Of a stretch of 64,000 nucleotides of DNA, positions 57,870 to 64,000 are shown one piece after another. Location of the stretch: NCBI GenBank assembly GCA_016186645.1, contig JACPLF010000005.1, positions 33,257-97,256 of the forward strand. The letters run 5' to 3'. This DNA is from Candidatus Levyibacteriota bacterium (lineage in GTDB: Bacteria; Patescibacteriota; Microgenomatia; Levybacterales; UBA12049). The stretch's first letter is position 1; each line of letters opens with the position of its first letter. The notes under the pieces were generated by a model that worked only from the letters and a program-made list of their open reading frames with translations, searched no databases and was not told the DNA's origin. Made by a program: the position numbers and the translations under genes.

Positions 57870-57913
57870 AGTTTTATATTAAACTCTTATTGAAGATTTA
57901 GTCAAGCAAACGA

Positions 57914-58219
57914 TTATACTGCTTGGGGAGCTTTTTCAAGGATTTTAATTCTCTTCTCGTGGTTTTCAACTTCTTCACGCAGTTGTGAGGTCTGGTGAAT
58001 AGATAAAACTATATCTTGTTGTAAGTCCTCGAGCTGACCCGATATGTCATCAAGTTTGGTCAATACTTCATCCTTGTATTGCTTATGTTCTCCGCGCATT
58101 TCCTGTATTTCTATTTTTAGTTCTCCTTTTAGCTCCTGCATTTCTCCCCTTAAAGATTGCCCTAGAAGTTTTAAGTCCTTTTTCGTGGCAAGTTCTTCTG
58201 CTTTGGTTTTTTGTTTCAC
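57914..58219 (-). CDS. Hypothetical coiled-coil protein
   Basis: 101 aa heptad-rich ORF. Confidence 0.3.
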   Translation of the reverse strand: MKQKTKAEELATKKDLKLLGQSLRGEMQELKGELKIEIQEMRGEHKQYKDEVLTKLDDISGQLEDLQQDIVLSIHQTSQLREEVENHEKRIKILEKAPQAV

Positions 58220-58323
58220 GTTTTAAGTATACTAGAATTTTGAAAAGCAATTCAATAGGACAAAATAGATCAAATAGTTGGAGCGGGAGAGTTGCCGTCT
58301 ATAATTTGTGTTAAAATGTCATT

Positions 58324-59274
58324 GTGAAAAAGCTTATATTAATCGACGGCAACGCTATCTTGCACAGGGCGTATCATGCCCTGCCTCCTTTGACTAACAA
58401 AAATGGAATTGTGGTTAACGCTGTTTATGGGTTTTTCTCAATGTTTCTTAAGATTCTGGAGGATCAAAAGCCTGATTTTATAATAGTCTGTTTTGACAAA
58501 AAAGCCCCGACTTTCCGCAAAGAATTATTTGTCGGTTATCAGGCAAAACGTCCTAAGATGTCAGATGAGCTAATTCCGCAAATCAAATTTGTCCATGATA
58601 TTTTGGAAAGGGCAAAAGTTGAAATTTTTGAAATTGACGGATATGAAGCAGATGACATGATAGGTACGATAGCCTATCAAACTCAAAACTCAAAACTCAA
58701 AACTCAAAACATAGAAACGTTGATTGTTTCAGGAGATCGGGATTTGCTGCAGCTTGTTAATCATCATGTCAAAATGATCGCGCCGATTACAGGTTTGACC
58801 AACATGATTGTTTATGATGAAGCTTTGGTTTTTCAAAAATATGGGATTAAACCTTCCCAAATGGTTGATTACAAAGCGCTGGTTGGAGATCCGTCAGATA
58901 ATTATCCTGGCGTAGCAGGAATTGGTCCCAAAACCGCGTCGACCCTTATTAATCAATACAAAAACCTGGAAAATATATATAAAAATTTGGAAAAAATCAA
59001 AGCCAAAAATCCAAATCTTGCTTTAAAACTTGCAGAAGGTGCGGAAGCTGCAGGACTTGCGCAAAAACTGGCGGGAGTTGTTTTGGACGCCCCGATAACT
59101 TTGGATATTGAAAAATCAAGCATAAAATTTTTTGATAAAGAAGGTCTGAAGAAGGAATTTGAGAAATTCGGCTTCAAAAGCTTGTTAAAGCGATTAAGCG
59201 ACCCGCGACCCGCCTTCGCCAAGGCTTCTGCGGGCAAAGAAAAACCAGAAGCAGAACAGATGGGACTATTATGA
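58324..59274 (+). CDS. 5'-3' exonuclease (Pol I N-terminal FEN-like nuclease domain only)
   Basis: LILIDGNAILHRAYHA and GYEADDMIGT motifs. HhH region GIGPKTA. Confidence 0.85.
   Translation: MKKLILIDGNAILHRAYHALPPLTNKNGIVVNAVYGFFSMFLKILEDQKPDFIIVCFDKKAPTFRKELFVGYQAKRPKMSDELIPQIKFVHDILERAKVEIFEIDGYEADDMIGTIAYQTQNSKLKTQNIETLIVSGDRDLLQLVNHHVKMIAPITGLTNMIVYDEALVFQKYGIKPSQMVDYKALVGDPSDNYPGVAGIGPKTASTLINQYKNLENIYKNLEKIKAKNPNLALKLAEGAEAAGLAQKLAGVVLDAPITLDIEKSSIKFFDKEGLKKEFEKFGFKSLLKRLSDPRPAFAKASAGKEKPEAEQMGLL
58679..58712. repeat. Tandem heptanucleotide repeat (AAACTCA) x4.5 inside the 5'-exonuclease CDS
   Basis: TCAAACTCAAAACTCAAAACTCAAAACTCAAAAC encodes QTQNSKLKTQN in a loop between conserved nuclease blocks. 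Confidence 0.7.
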
Positions 59275-60398
59275 ATATAGCCTTAGCGCATGATTACATC
59301 AAGGAGTATGGTGGTGCCGAGCGTGTTTTGGAAGCGCTGCATGAGATTTGGCCGGACGCGCCAGTTTTTACATCTGTTTATTTACCGGAATTTTTGGGTC
59401 CGCATAAAGAGAGATTTAAAAATTGGAATATCAGAACATCATGGTTACAGTTTTTGCCTTTTAAAAATAAGCTAATAAGCCCGATTCGGCTTATAGCACC
59501 TTTTGTGTTCAAAAGTTTTGATTTTTCTAAATTCGATGTGGTAATTGTTTCCGCCACTGGCGCATATGTTAAGCAATTTAAAATTAAAAATTTAAAATTA
59601 AAAATTGTGGAATATTGCCACACGCCGCCAAGGTATCTTTATGGTTATGCAACTGCAAGAGAATGGAAAAATAATTTAATTTTTAGAGTTTTTGGAGAAA
59701 TTGCGAATCATTTTTTGCGCCTTGTGGATTTTAAGTCTAGCCAAAATGTAGATTTTTTCATCGCAAATTCCCACAATGTAGCGGGAAGAATTAAAAAGTT
59801 TTACAGGAAAGATTCAAGTGTGATTTACCCACCCGCCATGCAAGACAGCTTGCTGGCGTTACGGGCAGGTCCGCCATCTACTCCTTACTTCCTCGCAGGA
59901 GGAAGAATTGCGAGGCCAAAACACATTGATTTGATAATTAAAACTTTTGGAAAATTAGATTTACCACTTAAGGTTTTTGGAAGAGGGTTTGCAGGGGCAG
60001 ATTTAAGTTCCAAAAATTCCAACATAGAATTTCTCGGGGAAGTGAGCGATGAAGAGAAAATAAAGTTAATGAGAAATGCGAAGGCTTTTGTTTTTGCCGC
60101 CGAAGATGAAGATTTTGGAATAACTCCGGTTGAGGCAATGTCAGTTGGCACGCCAGTTATCGCCTTTGCGTCAGGAGGAATTTTGGAAACGATAATTGAC
60201 GGGCAGACGGGAGTTCTTTATTACTTTAATGATTTAAACCTGCCTGCCGGCAAGGCAGGTCATTTAAGTGAAGCAATCCGTAAGTTTGAGAAAATGAAAT
60301 TTGACAGAGAGTTAATAATAAAACACGCGCAAAAATTTTCAAAAGAAAGATTCAGAAATGAGATTTTTGAATTCGTAAACTCAAAGTTTAAAAAGTAA
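59271..60398 (+). CDS. Glycosyltransferase family 4 (GT-B, group 1)
   Basis: C-terminal EDFGITPVEAMSVGTPVIA EX7E-like motif. Confidence 0.8.
   Translation: MNIALAHDYIKEYGGAERVLEALHEIWPDAPVFTSVYLPEFLGPHKERFKNWNIRTSWLQFLPFKNKLISPIRLIAPFVFKSFDFSKFDVVIVSATGAYVKQFKIKNLKLKIVEYCHTPPRYLYGYATAREWKNNLIFRVFGEIANHFLRLVDFKSSQNVDFFIANSHNVAGRIKKFYRKDSSVIYPPAMQDSLLALRAGPPSTPYFLAGGRIARPKHIDLIIKTFGKLDLPLKVFGRGFAGADLSSKNSNIEFLGEVSDEEKIKLMRNAKAFVFAAEDEDFGITPVEAMSVGTPVIAFASGGILETIIDGQTGVLYYFNDLNLPAGKAGHLSEAIRKFEKMKFDRELIIKHAQKFSKERFRNEIFEFVNSKFKK
60239..60259. repeat. Palindrome CCTGCCTGCCGGCAAGGCAGG in frame within the glycosyltransferase (read as LPAGKAG)
   Basis: Same family. Confidence 0.7.
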
Positions 60399-60403
60399 AA
60401 TAT

Positions 60404-60607
60404 ACCAGAATTACCTGAGGCGGAAACAATTCGTCTTGGATTGCAAAAATATATTGTTGGCGTAAAGCCACGTGGTGGCCACGCCACTATACGTGGAAAA
60501 ACAATCGAAGATATTGAGGTAAGACTTAGGAAAATTTTCGAGGGCAATGATAAAAATAACTCTTGGCTGGCCGCGGGCACTTATTTTTGCCCCGCCTTCC
60601 GGAGATA
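60404..60607 (+). pseudogene. Remnant of formamidopyrimidine-DNA glycosylase (Fpg/Nei) N-terminus
   Basis: Frame reads IPELPEAETIRLGLQKYIVG and matches the Fpg N-terminal PELPEVETxRRGL. ATA sits in place of ATG. Stop after about 66 codons. Confidence 0.45.
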
Positions 60608-60682
60608 AAGCTGTTTGTTTCTTCTTGCTTGTTTTTTATTTCTGTGTTACTATTGACAATTAGAAAATAGCAGAGGGAATTT

Positions 60683-61390
60683 ATGGGAAGTGGCTATAAA
60701 GATAAGGTTATTATCTCGGTAGGCGGATCCCTGGTTGTTCCCAACGGAGGGATCGACACTACTTTCCTTTCAAAATTTAATAGCTTTATCAGAAAGCAGC
60801 TGGCGAAAAATCCAAATCGCCAGTTTTTTTTGGTTATAGGAGGCGGAACAACAGCGCGCCACTATAGAGACGCAGGCCGCACAGTTTTGGGCCACGAACT
60901 TACTCATGATGATTTGGACTGGATTGGGATTCATGCAACAAAATTAAATGCCCACTTGGTTAGGACTGTTTTTAGAGACATTGCCCATCCATATATACTC
61001 AAACATTATGAAATTATAAGGAAAGTCACAGAGCCGGTTGTTGTTGCGGCTGGATGGAAGCCGGGATGGTCTACGGATTATGACGCAGTTTTGCTTTGTG
61101 AGGATTATGGGGCAAAAACAGTTATTAATTTGAGTAATATTGACAAAGTTTACAATAAAGATCCAAGAAAATTTAAAGACGCAAAATCTTATGACAAAAT
61201 TTCATGGCCTGATTTTAGAAAAATAGTTGGAGACAAATGGATTCCCGGAATAAATGCGCCTTTTGATCCTGTTGCAGCCAAAAAAGCTCAGGATTTAGGG
61301 GTCAAAGTTATTGTTATGGATGGAGCTCATTTGAAAAATCTGGAAAACTTCCTTAACGGAAAAAAATTTGTCGGCACAGTCATAGGATAA
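60683..61390 (+). CDS. Amino-acid-kinase family protein, likely archaeal-type UMP kinase
   Basis: VIISVGGSLV...FLVIGGG...AAGWKPGWSTD pattern of the aspartokinase/UMPK fold. Confidence 0.55.
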   Translation: MGSGYKDKVIISVGGSLVVPNGGIDTTFLSKFNSFIRKQLAKNPNRQFFLVIGGGTTARHYRDAGRTVLGHELTHDDLDWIGIHATKLNAHLVRTVFRDIAHPYILKHYEIIRKVTEPVVVAAGWKPGWSTDYDAVLLCEDYGAKTVINLSNIDKVYNKDPRKFKDAKSYDKISWPDFRKIVGDKWIPGINAPFDPVAAKKAQDLGVKVIVMDGAHLKNLENFLNGKKFVGTVIG

Positions 61391-61508
61391 TCTCAGAACT
61401 CAAATCGCAAAACTCAAAACCACAACTAAAATCTAAAATCTTTAGATGACGAAGTTTTGAGATTTACAGATGTAGATTTGACATTTGAGATCTAAGATTT
61501 GAGATTTC

Positions 61509-62594
61509 ATGCATTTAAAACACTTGAGCCTTCAAAACTTCAGAAACTACAAAAGAACAAGTTTTAATTTCTCTGAAAATACCACTTTAGTTGTTGGTCC
61601 AAATACGGCTGGTAAATCCAATTTAATTGAAGCTATTTTTTTTATGGCAAGGGGGGGAAGTTTTAGAATTGATAAAGATGAGCAATTGGTAAAATTTGGT
61701 GAAGAAGTTGCCAGAATCAAAGGAAAACTTGGAGATAAAGACTTAGAAGTTCTAATAGCGAAGGAGGGCGTAGGGGGGAGAATTACTCCTTTTAAAAAAT
61801 ATTTGGTCAATGGAGTAAATAAGCGAAAAGTGGATTTTGTCGGAAATTTTTTTGCAGTTCTTTTTGCGCCAAATGATCTTGAAATTATCGTAGGCAGTCC
61901 CGGGGAAAGGCGAGGCTTTATAAACAATATATTAATTCAGACAGATCGCGATTATCGCTTGGCAATGACATTTTATGAAAAGGGATTAAGAATGCGGAAT
62001 GCGCTTTTGCATAGAGCACAAGAAACAGGCGCAAGATCGGAAAAAGAATTTGCGTATTGGGACAATCTCTTGATAGTTCAAGGCCAAAAAATTACAAAAA
62101 AAAGAGAAGAATTTATTGATTATTTAAGAATCTCAAGAAAAGAAATTCTGAATTTTGAAATATTTTATGACAAAAGCATTATTTCAAAAGATCGGCTTTT
62201 GCAATATAAAGATGCGGAAGTTGGAGCCGGTGTAACCTTGGTTGGGCCTCACAGAGACGACCTTATTATACGAATTTATCCAAATAAAATTAATGCGAAT
62301 GAATCCGAATCAGTGGACATTAGGTATTTTGGTTCTAGGGGACAGCAAAGACTTGCGGTTTTACAGTTGAAAATTTTAGAATTGGCTTATGTCGAAAAGA
62401 CAACAGGTGAGCGGCCAGTTCTTCTTTTGGATGATATTTTTTCAGAACTGGATGAAAAGCATATAAGTTTGGTTTTAGACCAGACCCTCCAACGCCTTGG
62501 CTACGGCGGGCAAGCAATTATTACCACAACACACAGGGAATTTGTAGGCAAGGAGCTTCTAAAAGATCTAAATGTGATAGAATTGAAGAAATAA
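61509..62594 (+). CDS. recF: DNA replication and repair protein RecF
   Basis: NFRNY...VGPNTAGKSNLIEAI Walker A. C-terminal LLLDDIFSELD signature. Confidence 0.85.
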   Translation: MHLKHLSLQNFRNYKRTSFNFSENTTLVVGPNTAGKSNLIEAIFFMARGGSFRIDKDEQLVKFGEEVARIKGKLGDKDLEVLIAKEGVGGRITPFKKYLVNGVNKRKVDFVGNFFAVLFAPNDLEIIVGSPGERRGFINNILIQTDRDYRLAMTFYEKGLRMRNALLHRAQETGARSEKEFAYWDNLLIVQGQKITKKREEFIDYLRISRKEILNFEIFYDKSIISKDRLLQYKDAEVGAGVTLVGPHRDDLIIRIYPNKINANESESVDIRYFGSRGQQRLAVLQLKILELAYVEKTTGERPVLLLDDIFSELDEKHISLVLDQTLQRLGYGGQAIITTTHREFVGKELLKDLNVIELKK

Positions 62595-63425
62595 ATGGAG
62601 AAATTTGACCCTGAAATTTTTAAAAAACTTTATATTCCGCCGCCCAATTCGCACAAAGGGCAAAATGGAAAGTTAATGATTATTGGAGGGTCCCAGCTTT
62701 TTCACGCAGCCTCTCTCTGGTCTTTGAAAGTCGCGTCTCGAATTGTTGATATGGTTTTTTATTCCTCGGTTCCGCAAAATAGTCAGATTGTTGCAAAAGC
62801 CAAGCAAGAGTTTAGAGACGGAATTGTGGTGCCAAGAAATAAGATTGGGGATTATATTGTAGAATCCGATTGTATTTTGATCGGTCCCGGTCTGCCGCGA
62901 AAAAATGGAGAAGAGGTCGGAGATGACGACACTAAGGATTTGACGGAAAATTTATTGAAAAAGTATCCGGACAAAAAATGGGTGGTAGATGGAGGTAGTC
63001 TTCAGACCAGTGCCCCATCTTTTATTCCCTCCAACAGCATACTTACGCCCCATGTAAAAGAGTTTGAAAAGATCTTTGATTTAAGATTTAAGATTAAAGA
63101 TTTAAGAATGATTAGGGAAATGGCGAAGAAGTATAATTGCACGATTTTATTAAAAGGGCCGGTGGATGTTGTTTGCTCGCCGCATAAATGCGTAAGGATT
63201 TCGGGGGGAAATGCGGGGATGACCAAAGGCGGGACAGGAGATGTTTTGGCAGGATTAGTTGCTGGGCTTTACTGTAAAAATGACGACCCATTTTTGGTCG
63301 CAAGTGCAGCAAGTTTTATCAATAAGAAAGCAGGAGAAAGTTTATTTGCAAAAGTCGGCTACTACTTCAACGCTTCGGACCTAGCGGATGAGATTCCTAG
63401 GGTGATGAAGGATTTAGTAGTTTAA
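62595..63425 (+). CDS. nnrD: ADP-dependent NAD(P)H-hydrate dehydratase (YjeF C-terminal domain)
   Basis: HKGQNGKLMIIGGS and GGTGDVLAG motifs. Confidence 0.8.
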   Translation: MEKFDPEIFKKLYIPPPNSHKGQNGKLMIIGGSQLFHAASLWSLKVASRIVDMVFYSSVPQNSQIVAKAKQEFRDGIVVPRNKIGDYIVESDCILIGPGLPRKNGEEVGDDDTKDLTENLLKKYPDKKWVVDGGSLQTSAPSFIPSNSILTPHVKEFEKIFDLRFKIKDLRMIREMAKKYNCTILLKGPVDVVCSPHKCVRISGGNAGMTKGGTGDVLAGLVAGLYCKNDDPFLVASAASFINKKAGESLFAKVGYYFNASDLADEIPRVMKDLVV

Positions 63426-63469
63426 CTTTTGAGTTTTTTCTGGTTTTTGTTTATAATGGTTACTCTTAT

Positions 63470-64000
63470 ATGCGGATAAATATTTTAGGTAATGGGGTAT
63501 GGGGTACTGCTTTAAGCAAACTTCTTTCTTCAAATGGTCATGAAGTCAGTTGTTGGGACAAGAAAAGTCAAATAGAGCCTTTAGATTGTGTAGTTATTGC
63601 AATTCCAACACGAGCGATAAGAGGAGTAATGAAGAATTACGGCCGCAATTTGAAAAAAGCAGTAATTGTAAATTCTGCAAAAGGCATAGAAAAGTCTTCT
63701 CAAAAAACTCCATCACAAATAGTAAAAGAGATGTTGGGAACGGAAATTGAATATTTTACTTTGATAGGACCGAGTTTCGCACAAGAAGTAAGTAACAAAT
63801 TGCCGACCCTAGTTAATTTAGGAGGATACAACGGAAAAATACAGGAAATATGCAATCTTTTTGAGACTGATTATTTTAGAGTAAGACCTACGAAATCAGT
63901 TGAAGCACTCGAATTGGCAGGAGCTTTGAAAAATGTATATGCAATTGCATGCGGAATAGCAGATGGCTTAGGATTTAAAGAAAATACCAGAGCAAAATTA
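63470..64000 (+). CDS. gpsA: NAD(P)H-dependent glycerol-3-phosphate dehydrogenase, 3' truncated by window edge
   Basis: ATG at 63470. MRINILGNGVWGTALS Rossmann motif. Conserved NVYAIACGIADGLG. No stop before the window end. Confidence 0.75.
   Translation, partial: MRINILGNGVWGTALSKLLSSNGHEVSCWDKKSQIEPLDCVVIAIPTRAIRGVMKNYGRNLKKAVIVNSAKGIEKSSQKTPSQIVKEMLGTEIEYFTLIGPSFAQEVSNKLPTLVNLGGYNGKIQEICNLFETDYFRVRPTKSVEALELAGALKNVYAIACGIADGLGFKENTRAKL

Noticed and set aside
58679-61508. Possible CRISPR array suggested by short direct repeats (AAACTCA heptamers and ACTCAAAAC repeats)
   Set aside because: The repeats are 7 nt, contiguous or irregularly spaced, with no ~30-bp spacers or cas genes. They are simple-sequence repeats, not CRISPR.
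61391-61508. Replication origin next to recF
   Set aside because: recF often neighbours dnaA/dnaN/oriC, and the spacer is repeat-rich. However, no DnaA-box (TTATCCACA-like) sequences are seen, and dnaA and dnaN are absent from the window.

Overview
This is a low-GC, gene-dense window that looks like a reduced Patescibacteria/CPR-type genome. It has short intergenic spacers, about 13 tRNA genes, many small hypothetical proteins and several gene remnants.

Supportable content in order:
- typA (5' truncated by the window edge), rarA, tRNA-His and tRNA-Arg, and an AI-2E family transporter.
- A mercury-resistance-like locus at 3995-9000: an ArsR-family regulator, a TlpA-like thioredoxin, two paralogous CPLC membrane proteins (MerT-like), two small thioredoxin-fold proteins, a Leu/Glu-type dehydrogenase, and a MerA core with the GGTCVNVGCVPSK motif and a C-terminal CC pair.
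- tRNA-Gly, an MFS transporter, tRNA-Leu and tRNA-Pro, a DD-carboxypeptidase, a DUF378 protein, a SIS-like protein, hemolysin III flanked by two standalone topoisomerase-type zinc-ribbon proteins, tRNA-Gln, a small DUF2795 ORF and a PEBP-family protein.
- cdd, a truncated class III aminotransferase, a HAD hydrolase, a frameshifted nagB-like gene, a GIY-YIG protein, tRNA-Gly and tRNA-Phe.
- A tRNA-Leu/Leu/Val array, two glucosaminidase-like paralogs, tRNA-Leu(TAG) plus a degenerate copy, and two secreted paralogs of which one carries a C-terminal Hint (intein-like) domain.
- A core housekeeping stretch: tig, a thrS without the editing domain, infC, rpmI, rplT, pheS, pheT.
- A REP-associated tyrosine transposase (RAYT/IS200-like) flanked by hairpin repeats, then PBP1A, tyrS and recG.
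- A copper locus at 41214-45957: csoR, a cupredoxin-like protein, a DUF3105-like protein, copA, a permease-cupredoxin fusion and copZ.
- ubiB, rpmF, nusB, rnc, rpsP, a KH-domain protein and trmD.
- A type IV pilus pilM/pilN/pilO operon with a pilin-like protein and PT-linker/SdrD-B-like adhesin-like secreted proteins.
- polA 5'-exonuclease, a GT4 glycosyltransferase, an fpg remnant, a UMP-kinase-like protein, recF, nnrD and a partial gpsA at the window end.

The most unusual signal is a family of GC-rich palindromic mini-elements with arms CCTGCC...GGCAGG, in a genome that is about 35% GC. Five copies sit in frame inside conserved genes (rarA, pheS, pheT, recG and the glycosyltransferase) and are read as Leu-Pro-Ala-Gly or Leu-Pro-Asp-Gly. 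A related 96-bp GC-rich element is inserted in frame in trmD, and further copies lie in intergenic regions and in the N-terminus of the pilin-like protein. This resembles Rickettsia palindromic elements.

Other notable points are a dyad motif ATGCATA-AG-TATGCAT present three times, once upstream of the mer regulator; a heptanucleotide tandem repeat inside the polA 5'-exonuclease CDS; and REP-like palindromes.
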